A stretch of DNA of 64,000 nucleotides from Macrostomum lignano (Eukaryota), in the NCBI GenBank assembly GCA_002269645.1, contig NIVC01001143.1, positions 186,001 through 250,000 of the forward strand, read 5' to 3'. The notes under the pieces are model-generated. The model did no database searches. It had not been told where the DNA came from and saw only the letters and a list, made by a program, of their open reading frames with translations. Position 1 is the stretch's first letter. Every line of letters starts with the position of its first letter. The position numbers and the translations under genes were made by a program. Shown here one piece after another: positions 36,586-47,695 of this stretch.

Positions 36586-39500
36586 TCAGACATCGTCAAA
36601 AAATCCGCCCCGCCCGCTGCCAGACTTGTAGGGCGGCGGCTGCTGGCGAAGCTGCTGCTGCTGAACGGCAGCTCTGGCCGACGGGAACAGCGGCTGCGTG
36701 TCGGCCTCGAACTCCACCGGCTCGCCGTCCGCCTGCAGCAGCCGCTCAAAGCGACTCGATCGCGGCGGCGACAATGACAGCTTGGCGACAGGTGCCGCAG
36801 CAACGCCGGCAGCCCCGGAGCTCCTGGGAAGCTGGCGCGCTGGCGGTGGCTTCCGCGCAAACAGCTCGTCCTCCTCGTCGCCGCTGTCGGTGCTTTTCAA
36901 CAGGCCGCCAGTCGAGCTGCTGCCGCCAGGGGCGTCGCGGCTACGCCTGGCGCGCTCTGTTAAATGTCGGTGGTTGGTGCGGGGCTTCGATTTCTCTTGA
37001 TCTACGTATACTAGCCACTACTAGCTACTATTAGCCACTACTAGCTACTACTAGCCACTACTAGCTACTACTAGCTGCTACTAGCCACTACTAGCTACTA
37101 CTAGCTACTACTAGTCACTACTAGCTACTACTAGCCACTACTAGCTACTACTAGCCACTAATAGCTAGTACTAGTCACTACTAGCCACTACTAGCTACTA
37201 CTAGGCTACTACTAGCCACTACTAGCTACTACTAGCCACTGTAGAGTGTTCTACCTCCCGTAAGAAGACATAAAAGTGTTAATGTACTACTCACACATTT
37301 TATTTAGTAGTAAATTGAAGAGCATGAATAAAGGTATGCTTTGAACTATAAGTATATTCGGACTAACCAATAGGAAGAGAGAGACCTCGAGCATGCTAAT
37401 TTTAGAAATCACCCAATCACGTGCGACCAACAACTGTCAATTCAAACCCCACCTTCAAGTCATCATTTGGTTTGCACTCGGGTTGCACCCGGATGAACGA
37501 ATCAAAGTCTACCAGCTACGGTAACCAATCATGCGCTTTTACAGTAGACTAGTTGCGCAACTTTCTACCCTGTCATGCTTGACAGCCACCGAATCGTGAC
37601 CCTTTGACATTTGCGAAGACAGTGATGTACGACCTCGAGAGAGGTCTGAACGCCTATAAATACAAGTGGTCCGGAACGGACCCGGAGCCACAATTCCTCC
37701 GGAAGGAGAAGAGCTCCGAAGAGGAAGCCACTACAGGACTTCCTACAGAAGACTCGTCGAGTTCTTGCGGTAAGCCTTACTCATTTACGCCTGTGTTTTG
37801 AGACGTCTCGTTGGAGTTTAGTTAGAGTCTGTTGAGACTCCTGAGTCTGTTTAGACTCTACTGGTTGCAGTCTCCAGAAGGACTGCCCCTGATAGATCTT
37901 AGAAGACTATCAGTGGTTTCCGGAGCTATACCTAGAGTGCATAGAAGCACTGCTAGAAGGAGTAGGCTTATATTAAACCGCAGTTTGGCGCAGGGTACCC
38001 ATTGTTAATTTGGAAGCTTCTTATTGGTCCGAACGACAGATACCGGCCGGCAAAAGAAGAAAAGAGAAACTCGGACCAGGACTACAAGTCGAGTCGAATT
38101 CAGGCCTGAACTACAGATCGAGATCTACACGAGATCTACGAAGGACTCAAAGAAGGAGAGATATCTCATAAGAAGTCAAGGTAATTGAATACTTTCGTTT
38201 GAATTACTGGGTTGCCTAGCTACAGAGCTAGAAGTGATTGTTCCTTGATTATCGAAGGCAGGTAATAAGGAACACATCACCACTACTAGCTACTACTAGG
38301 CTACTACTAGCCACTACTAGTCACTACTAGCCACTACTAGCTACTACTAGTCACTACTAGCCACTACTAGCCACTACTAGTCACTACTAGTCACTACTAG
38401 CTACTACTAGCCACTACTACGAGCTAGCTACTACTAGTCACTCGTACTAGCTCGTACTATGGCTCGTACTAGCCACTACTAGCCACTACTAGTCACTACT
38501 AGTCACTACTAGCTACTACTAGCCACTACTAGCTACTACTAGTCACTACTAGCTACTACTAGTCACTACTAGTCACTACTAGCTACTATTAGCCACTATT
38601 GGCCACTACGATCTACTACTAGTCACTATTGAGCGTTACCAGCAATTGTCTCACCTCTGCGAAGCAGCAGTCGGCCCTCCTCCAGCAAGTCGGAGGTGAG
38701 CTCATCGTCCGAGCTGATGAACTGCTGCACGCCCAGGCAGTGCAGCAGGCGGCTGCCCAGCCGGAAGTAGCTGGCCAAGGCCAGCAGCAGGATGGCGATG
38801 GGGAAGTAGAGGTTGACACCATTGGAGATGATGGCCACGAGATCCAGATGGCCCATTAGCTGAGTGTAGGCCGTCTGCGCCTTCAACCCGCTGGCCAGGT
38901 GGGAGTCCAGGTGCACCAGGCCCAGGAAGTTCAGGCACAGCGGCGGGGTGAGCCGGCAGAACAGCATGCCGCTGAAGATGAGGCTGTTCTCGTCTGTCTG
39001 GTGGTTGGGCACCAGGCGGAAGTAGTTGAACAGCTTCAGGCGGAACACGGTGAAGTAGGTGCAGGCGCACAGGTAGCCGATGGCCAGCAGGCAGATCAGC
39101 TGCACCGACAGGGCGCCGCGGCCGGCCTGCACCAGCAGGGCCAGCGGGGTCAGCACCGGCCACTTAATAAAGAAGGTGCACTCGCACCACAGCATGAGGC
39201 CGGACGCGGCCAGCAGGAAGCAGGCGGCGCCGCGGAGCAGCCAGCTGCGGGCGTGGCACTTCCAGTAGAACTCCACGCCCGGGCCCAGCAGGCGCCGCAG
39301 GAGTCCGCCGCTTTCGCTGTCGAAGTCGCCCTCGCCGCGACGGAAGAAGTGCAGCCGGGAGCCGCGGTTGGACTCGATGTCCTCCAGGAAGGCGGCCGAG
39401 GCGTAGGCCTCCTGGGACAGCGAGAATTGGGGCGGATTTTCGAATGGACTGAGAAATCTACTTATTGAATACTGGATCCTTGGCCTCTCACCTTTAGAAT

Positions 39501-42331
39501 CTCAGATTCTTGGCCTCTCACCTTTGGGATTTCAGATTCTTGGCCTCTCACCTTTGGGATTTCAGATTCTTGGCCTTTTACCTTTGGGGTTTCAGATGCT
39601 TGGCCTTTTACCTTTGGGATTTCAGATGCTTGGCCTTTTACCTTTGGGGTTTCAGATGCTTAGCCTCTTACCTTTGGGATCAAATTCTAAGAAACAATAT
39701 TAACATTCGTATCCGACAAGAGCTTAATGTCAGGAGAACAACAAATTAGCAGAAGCCCCAGCAACCCCCGCACCTGCAGCAGGCAGCGGCTCCGCTGCTC
39801 AAGGCCGATGGCCTTCTTTAGCTGGCAGTGCAGCTTCACCAGCCGCTTCGCTGTGAGGCCGCCGCCGTCCTCGTCTTCGTTTAGCCGCCGCCTGGCCGCC
39901 GCGATGGACGAAGCGGTCGGTTTGCCCCGGCCGAGCCCGGCGTCGCGTCCTCCGCAGTAGCCGCTGCTCTCGGCCAGCTCGGCCACTGTCCGGGCATTGG
40001 CAGCAAGCGGATGCTCCGGGCCGGGCACGCACTCGGCCAGCTGGACGGCCTCGGCGGCCAGGTCCTCCAGTTCCTCCTGGTGCTCGATGAGCTCCGAGTT
40101 GACCTTGGCCAGCCGGAAGTAGGCCCGCTTCAGGCTCTCGCCCGGACAGCCGGCGCTCCAGACGGTGCGGGGCAGCTCGACCAGGCCGTAGCCGAGGAAC
40201 AGCACGATGAGCACCAGGCCCCAGGTGTTGCTGGCCGTGATGCCGATCACGCGGAGTTGGGCACTGGAATTTGTGGTCCGTTTCTCTTTATAGAATTTCT
40301 AGTTGGTAGCTACTCACAGTGCTCAGATAGCTACTCACAGTGCTCAGATAGCTACTCACAGTGCTCAGATAGCTACTCACAGTGCTCAGATAGCTACTCA
40401 CAGTGCTCAGATAGCTACTCACAGTGCTCAGATAGCTACTCACAGTGCTCAGATAGCTACTCACAGTGCTCAGATAGCTACTCACAGTGCTCAGATAGCT
40501 ACTCACAGTGCTCAGATAGCTACTCACAGTGCTCAGATAGCTACTCACAGTGCTCAGATAGCTACTCACAGTGCTCAGATAGCTACTCACAGTGCTCAGA
40601 TAGCTACTCACAGTGCTCAGATAGCTACTCACAGTGCTCAGATAGCTACTCACAGTGCTCAGATAGCTACTCACAGTGCTCAGATAGCTACTCACAGTGC
40701 TCAGATAGCTACTCACAGTGCTCAGATAGCTACTCACAGTGCTCAGATAGCTACTCACAGTGCTCAGATAGCTACTCACAGTGCTCAGATAGCTACTCAC
40801 AGTGCTCAGATAGCTACTCACAGTGCTCAGATAGCTACTCAAATTGCTCAGATAGCTACTTACAGTGCTCAGATAGCTACTCACAGTGCTCAGATAGCTA
40901 CTCACAGTGCTCAGATAGCTACTCACAGTGCTCAGATAGCTACTCACAGTGCTCAGATAGCTACTCACAGTGCTCAGATAGCTACTCACAGTGCTCAGAT
41001 AGCTACTCAAAATGCTCAGATAGCTACTCACAGTGCTCAGATAGCTACTCACAGTGCTCAGATAGCTACTCACAGTGCTCAGATAGCTACTCACAGTGCT
41101 CAGATAGCTACTCACAGTGCTCAGATAGCTACTCAAAATGCTCAGATAGCTACTCACAGTGCTCAGATAGCTACTCACAGTGCTCAGATAGCTACTCACA
41201 GTGCTCAGATAGCTACTCACAGTGCTCAGATAGCTACTCACAGTGCTCAGATAGCTACTCACAGTGCTCAGATAGCTACTCAGTGCTCAGATAGCTACTC
41301 ACACTGCTCAGATAGCTACTCAGTGCTCCTAGCTATTTAGTAGTAGTAGCCCGATAGTAAATAATTATAATCAAGGAGTTCAACTTACAAATCAATGTGA
41401 ATGTCCGGTCTAGTGGCCACATAGATGAAGCAGATGGCAAAGATGAGCAGGTAGGTCGAATAGTACAACGCATTGTCAACCAGGGAGGCCTTCACTTTGC
41501 CCAGGACGTTGAACTCGCCCGCCTTGGCGTAGGACTGCATGATGGGCAAGAAAATCCTGGGGAAGAAATTGTTATGCTTGGTCACAAATCAAAGGATAAA
41601 AACCAGCTGCCAAATCTCAATAATGACATACATTCCAGGAATAGGAATAGGCACTACAGAGGCACTACATTCTAGGAATCGTACCCATGAGGTACGAATC
41701 ATACCTTATGCGGTTCCAGACCCTGAAATCTCAACCAATTAGATACCAAACCCTGAAATCTCAACCCATGAGATACCAGACCCTGAAATCTCAACCCATT
41801 AGATACCAGACCCTGAAATCTCAACCCATGAGATACCAAATCACGAAAGCTTTACAAAGTAGCTACTAGCTTATAAAAAAATGCATAACCAGGCCAGAGA
41901 CGAATAGGAACTAAACACACACCAGGTGAGGAACTGGCAGGACCAGTAGATGACGCGCCAGAAGCTGACCAGAAATGCCCTGGGAATATGGTTCCACGGC
42001 TCCCGGCAGGCTGGCGCAGAGGTGCCGTTGGCCTCCAGGCCGGAGACGTTGCTCATCAGGCAGTCCTCATAGAATGTCTGCGGGTTCGGTAACTCAGTGA
42101 GCTGGAATTCCTGCTGCATTTTATACTACTCAGCAGCCCATTGCTTACACAGTTGATGTCAGTAGGCAGTATGAAGACGATCAGAAAGCAGAACTGCCAG
42201 GCCAGAAATGTGACTCCGGTGACCACCAGCTGCTGCCTCCGCCAGTTGCCATAGTGATGCAGCAGAGAAGCTGTTAGCAAGACTACGCAGACAATTTCAA
42301 ACAGCAGGAATGAGTAGCCAGCGCCTGACAT
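36586..42331 (-). CDS. LMBRD2: LMBR1-domain membrane protein LMBRD2 (~707 aa); 6 exons
   Basis: Exons 42149-42331, 41923-42077, 41389-41556, 39774-40263, 38655-39411, 36586-36956, phases consistent. Motifs LHHYGNWRRQ, YWSCQFLTWIFLPIMQSY, ASNTWGLVLIVLFLGYGLVELPR, FSGMLFCRLTPPLCLNFLGLVHLD, and C-terminal GFFDDV. Confidence 0.93.
37010..38625. repeat. 10-bp satellite (CTAGCTACTA / CTAGCCACTA) split by the LTR-like insert
   Basis: Arrays at 37010-37239 and 38280-38625. Confidence 0.9.
37240..38279. mobile_element. Probable solo LTR (1040 bp) inserted in a 10-bp satellite in LMBRD2 intron 5
   Basis: TG...CA ends with imperfect inverted termini (TGTAGAGTGTTC / GAACACATCA), 4-bp CCAC duplication, several CCAAT boxes, AATAAA at 37327; unique sequence interrupting one continuous array. 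Confidence 0.6.
39470..39680. repeat. 30-bp minisatellite (GATTCTTGGCCTCTCACCTTTGGGATTTCA)
   Basis: Visible array in LMBRD2 intron 4. Confidence 0.9.
40308..41335. repeat. 21-bp minisatellite (GCTACTCACAGTGCTCAGATA), ~48 copies
   Basis: Near-perfect array filling LMBRD2 intron 3. Confidence 0.97.
41700..41840. repeat. 30-bp minisatellite (AGATACCAGACCCTGAAATCTCAACCCATG)
   Basis: Visible array in LMBRD2 intron 2. Confidence 0.85.
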
Positions 42332-42884
42332 GGGGAGAGCTGAAATTGGGGTTCTAACAAATGTTTGATAGAAGCAGAGAATCTACTGCTGCTGGTTGCT
42401 GTTACTGCTGCTGGTTGCTGTAACTGCTGCACAGCCAAGAATGCAACATACAGTCAGTCTCAAGCATCAAAGCAAGCCTATTATCAGTTAATTACAGAAG
42501 TCCTTGCACATAATATTTGCAGGTTAGAGAAAACCTTAAAATATACATAATTGAAGTATACAAATTAGCAAAAATGTAGCAAATTAACAGAGATAAAATA
42601 TAGAAGGATATCCTAGCAAATACTAAAACATTATTAGCTAATAAAGATTGGTTTGGTTACTCTTAATCTATTAAAAAATTATTATATTTAATTAATAGAT
42701 TAATAGATTAAAAATTAAGAATAAAAAAACAAAAAGATTAATACATTTAAGGTTACATAATTTTTTTGTGTTGGTAGCAATGGAAAAAACCTAGAAGTCT
42801 ACCTTGAAAAATATTATTGATTATATACATTACTTTTAAATTAGCATATTAATATTTTTATCAAAAAACCTGTAGCTAAACATA

Positions 42885-43795
42885 TACCAGGTCGTGCAAA
42901 AATGTAATGTTAGAAAATGTTTGTTAATATAAAGGGTGCTTCCCAGAACTATTTGAATCTGATATCGCCTGAAAGAATGCTATATAAGCTCTCAATTGAT
43001 ACCATTCTTGACTCAAATTACTTCCAGTTGTATGATTAAATGTCTAAGAAAAGAAAACAGATTGAACTCTTAGTCTGTGCCAAAAAGAATAATGAAGAAA
43101 TCTTCAAGCTTGTTGGATGTTCAACTGTGTCTGTCTCAAGAGTGAAAAAGCTGATTTCTGATAAAGAAAGCTTGCTAGTAAAACTTGACCTGAATGTTGT
43201 CAAAGAGCAATTTGCTGACAATTTGACTGCCTCCATAAGCAGCCTGGCCAAGCAGAACAGTGTCAGTCAGTCAACAATGTCACAAGCAGTGAAAAGAGCT
43301 AGTGGAATTTCTCTACAACAATGTAAGCAGCCACTTCTGTCCCAAACTCAGCAAGATATACAACTTAGCAAGCAAGAGCACTTCTAAACTTGTTGAAGCA
43401 CACTCTAGCTGGTTGAGTCACTATTTTCTTGGATAAGAAAACTTTTACAGAGTCTGGATATCAATCTGTTGGACTATACCCTGGATAGCATACCTAGTGG
43501 CACATCTCTAGCCAGGCCTACACTATATGCCACCCAAATGTAAATGCTCTAAAGGCTGCTATTAATGCAGCATAGATTGAGATGGACAAGGAGTACATCA
43601 TCAAGATATTCTCCAGCTTCAGGGACTGTGTGGAGTAGGTCATTAGCACTGAAGGTGGTTATATTGATTGAACACACTCATTAGACATAAAGTTATATTT
43701 GTGTTATTTTAGAAAGTTATAAGCTGAATAAATAAAAAGATAATTGCATTTCATGATAAAACTGCTTCACATTACATTTTGCATAATCCAATGTA
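42885..43795 (+). mobile_element. Internally deleted Tc1/mariner (maT/DD37D-like) element with transposase relic 43040-43671
   Basis: Imperfect TIRs TACCAGGTCGTGCAAAAATGTAATG / CATTACATTTTGCATAATCCAATGTA with TA flanks. Relic includes an HTH-like N-terminus (MSKKRKQIELL...VGCSTVSVSRVKK) and the C-terminus NALKAAINAA*IEMDKEYIIKIFSSFRDCVE*VISTEGGYID. Confidence 0.7.
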
Positions 43796-44795
43796 GAGGT
43801 CAGATAAAATAAAAGATTTAAGATCAAATGGGATTTTAGAATTGCTATTTTGGCAGTATCTGGGATTTAAAGATCAAGATCTCTCTAGTTCTACTAGCAA
43901 AGCACCATATATGCCATACTCCAGAAAGCATATATCATGCCAGAAATCATGCATTTGGTTTGGCCTAAAAATTGTCGCATGCATTGGCATGCATTCCACA
44001 CTCCTGATTATGTAGTATACGCCCAAAAATTTGGGCGTGCATTGGCCTTGCATGCCAATTCCAAAATTAGACATGCAGAGTTAGCATGCATCACTCTAGA
44101 GAAAATAGTATGTATGCACACCTAGTGTGCACTTTAAAGAATCACATATAAGAGTTATTGGGAAGTTGAAAAAATATGAAAAAAGTTCATTTTTAAGTGC
44201 AAATTTGAAGCTTTCCAGTTTTTAAGCTTGTAATAGAGCATTTAAACAAATCTTTGCATGTATAATTTTTTTGCTATACAAAGTATGCCAAAAAGCATAA
44301 AAAGCAACCAAATTATCTGGTAATAAAGGTCTATTACGTGATTTAAAAAAAGTTATTTTATTGTTGCAACGTAAAAAGGTCATTTATAGTTGTAACACCG
44401 GCATATTTTTGAGAATGGGCATGCACTACATTTTTTTTGTGTGCATTTGTAATTATTCAATTTTTGTTTGGGCCTGCACCCAGCATGATCCGGACTATGG
44501 CGTGCATTTGGGTATTGCATGCCAAAAGTAACATGTTGGCATGCTATGGCATGGTATAGCTAGCATAGAATGTGGCCTAGCATGATAGTAAGGCATGTTT
44601 TGTTGAGACAAAAGTTTGTGAAAAAAAACATGGAGTTGTGGAAACAAGAATTCATACTTATTTTTATTGCAAAATGACAAGTAAATTTTAATGTGCCAAA
44701 AAAGAAATATAGTATATTTGCATGCTATAGGCCCTAATAGTTTTAAAACAGTTAAAGACTTAGTGTGCATTTGCTTGGCACTGGCGTGCATCTAC

Positions 44796-44980
44796 CAGTG
44801 GCGCAACCAGGGGGGGGGGGGCAGGGGTGGTCCCCCCCCTTAGGCAGAGACCCAAAAAAAATCAAAGGGGGACCAAGCGAATTTTTGCCAAAAACAAAGC
44901 CACCCCTCTGCCCCCCTCCCCTCCCGGGACTTTACCCTCCAGAATCCGCCCCCCTCAAAAAATTTCTGGTTGCGCTACTG
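44796..44980. mobile_element. 185-bp hAT-type MITE
   Basis: TIRs CAGTGGCGCAACCAG / CTGGTTGCGCTACTG; 8-bp TSD GCATCTAC / GCATTTAC. Confidence 0.8.
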
Positions 44981-47063
44981 GCATTTACTTGGTAGGCATG
45001 CTGCATGCATTGGTTCAGAGCATTCTGGTGTGCACTGTGCACTCAATTCAATATGATCCCGCCTATGGTATATATGAAAATCTCTATGCCTAATTTTAAT
45101 TACAGTATAGAGTTTTTAAATATTACAAGTATTAAAGCTTAGTAAATACTATATACTATTACCCAAAATCAAAGAAGATAGGCCTATTTTCAAAATTTTG
45201 ATTTTTTATGAATCTTTTCTCTTTTAAAATAGGTTAAAAAGTAGGCATATACATAATAATAATAAAGTAAAAAATTAAATAAATATAAATATTAACAACA
45301 AGGTACTTAAACTGCCCAACTTTCCCATTCCCATATATTATTTATGAATATTTGGAATTTGGGTTTTGGACTAAAATATAATATGAAAATCTAGTTTTAG
45401 GTTATATACATAAACTGCCAATTGGATGCCACCGGCACGAGACTTTTAGCAAGTTTTACTATTCATATATTATTTAACAAAATTTTTTTAATTATTCATC
45501 GTCTCGCCCAAGCCAAAAAAGCTTTTGACCACCCAAGCCAACGGCCAACGCCAAGGGCATGATTCCAGTGGTAAAAAATAGCTTTGACCCAAAATGTAGA
45601 GTTTTTACTTTCGTGTGAAGAATAGAATCAAACATCCACGAAATCCTGTTCACAAACAGCCTTAACTAATAAGTATAAAATAATAATTATTAGCTATTTG
45701 CGAGAAGGCACGGGCCTTTGGTCGATCGGAGTGTTGTGGCTAAGTTTAAGTTGGCGCAACTTTTCCTAGAATCTAATTATGGTTTGATTAAACGGATAAT
45801 CCGTCTGGTGAGAACAGATTTAAGCTACAGAGAAGTCCAGGGTGAATGGTTAGTCAAATTGAGCAATGTAAGCTAATGCTGCGGCGCTGAAAGATTTACC
45901 GGTTGTCATAGTAATTCTAAGTAGAAGGTTCTTTATCTGATCTTCACATTCAGAATTAAGTTCTGTCGTTTTACTAGTAGTAAGCAGTTTAGCGCTAGAT
46001 CACCCGTATTATGATTGAAGGAACTAATTATTTCCAGTTAATTGGGTTGATAATTGACAGATGACATATTTTAAAACAAACGAGGGCTACTGCCTGCTGT
46101 GCAGTACGTGTGCATGGTGTTACTGTATCTCGCGTAGGTATTGTATAGCACAAAAACGGTTGCGTTTGCCTGTTCTTACGTGACTACACAAATGCCCGAA
46201 TTGCAACCAAGATGATCGAATTAATAACACGCATGAGAGAAAACCTATCCATCAATTAATTGTTAGAATCTGGCTTCCAGTTTCTGTTTTTTAAAACCTC
46301 TGCTATTTCCGTGTCATTTTTATAAATTAGCATTTATCAATCAAATTAAAGCTAACGTTGGGTTGGGGATCGATGCCCTTTACGATGCTAGCTGTAGTTT
46401 TAGCCTTCATGGATCCGATAGCCATAAATCAGCATTAATCGAACTGGCTCCCTACTTATACAAAAGTCTGCAGCTCTGCCGATAAGCGACTCTGGAAATT
46501 AATGGGAATTGAAATGCTCGCGGCTGATAGGGGGATGGGGCCGTGCGCTCTAGCCGCTGCTGATGTACGAAGAATGGTGGAATTTCCAATTGCAAGCTAG
46601 GCTTGCAGGTGCAAACATTTTATCGTGCAGTGGCTCTAGAAATCCTGCTCATCTAGAAAATCTCAAGCCGCCTTCTTGCACACGGCCCCTCCAAGCAGAA
46701 ATGTATAACATTACCAACGGTTGACAAGCACACATGACAAGCACATGATAAGCATATTGAATTGCATGAAGCAAAACACCTGAGAACAAAGAAGAAATTT
46801 GAGTTTGCTTGGAATCAAGCCAAGTAAAGTAGCTCATAAAACACGTGGCTTTTTAAAGGGATGCATGCCAACTCATGCGATGCCAAGGGGCCAGTATAAT
46901 AATTTCAGTTTATTTCTCCAACCCAGCGTCACAAAGATGTTCAATGCGGCACGATTTGCTTTGATAATAAATCAGTAAACTGGTTACTCGGATTTCACAC
47001 TGGCAGTGCGCATTTGTCTTGTTCATTTAGGTGCAAAGTCCAAAGTCCAGAGGGCCGCGGTCT

Positions 47064-47695
47064 CTATGGCAACAGGGCGCCCAAAAAGCCGCGCAGCATC
47101 TCGCGATCCTCATCGCACAGTCGACCCTCGTGAGCGGCTCTCTGCAAATTCGTTGTTCCGGTGAAGGCGTTCGAGTAGCACTCACGCAATGTCCATCAAT
47201 TCCCTTTTAGTCACCGGTTCCACGCCCCTCTAATTCCAAACTAATCCGAATTCACGCGCGAATTTCCTTAATCCCCATCTGCGTGACAGCCTGCTTCATA
47301 ACTGCCAATTAGGCTATGATTGACTGGATTTGATTTTCTTTCTGGGCCCCATGACGCATGCCGGCAGCAGTCTCACCGCAACGGCTCCGAGGGCCTGCGC
47401 TGTGGCGGCGTCAATGGCGCAGACCTCCTGCTCCGAGGGCGACGGCTTCTTCAGGCGGAAGAAGTGGTAGCCCTTCTTCAGCCGAAAGATCTGGTGGCCG
47501 GAGTGGCCCTCCGCGCCCAGCTCGGCCGCCGCGGGATTCGCCACTGGAACAGCAGTAGGGCTAGGGTTAGGGTTACGGGTTAGGGGTTAGGGAATCGAAT
47601 CGCAGGGCGAACTCACTGCGGGCTCGGGCGGTTGCCGAGTCGAGGCAGACAAGGCAGACGGTGGCGAACAGCAGGGCCGACAGGATTCCGTTCAT
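47064..47695 (-). CDS. Neuropeptide prohormone (107 aa), flatworm SPP-18/19-like (HQIFRL and GYHFFRL peptides); 3 exons
   Basis: Exons 47617-47695, 47377-47543, 47064-47141 give MNGILSALLFATVCLVCLDSATARARMANPAAAELGAEGHSGHQIFRL-KK-GYHFFRL-KK-PSPSEQEVCAIDAATAQALGAVARAAHEGRLCDEDREMLRGFLGALLP*. Signal peptide, dibasic sites and a C-terminal Cys pair are visible; the family name is from recall of planarian prohormones. Confidence 0.85.

Noticed and set aside
40011-41340. 427/345/324-aa repeat ORFs (SQCSDSY, IATHSAQ)
   Set aside because: Stop-free 21-bp array inside LMBRD2 intron 3.
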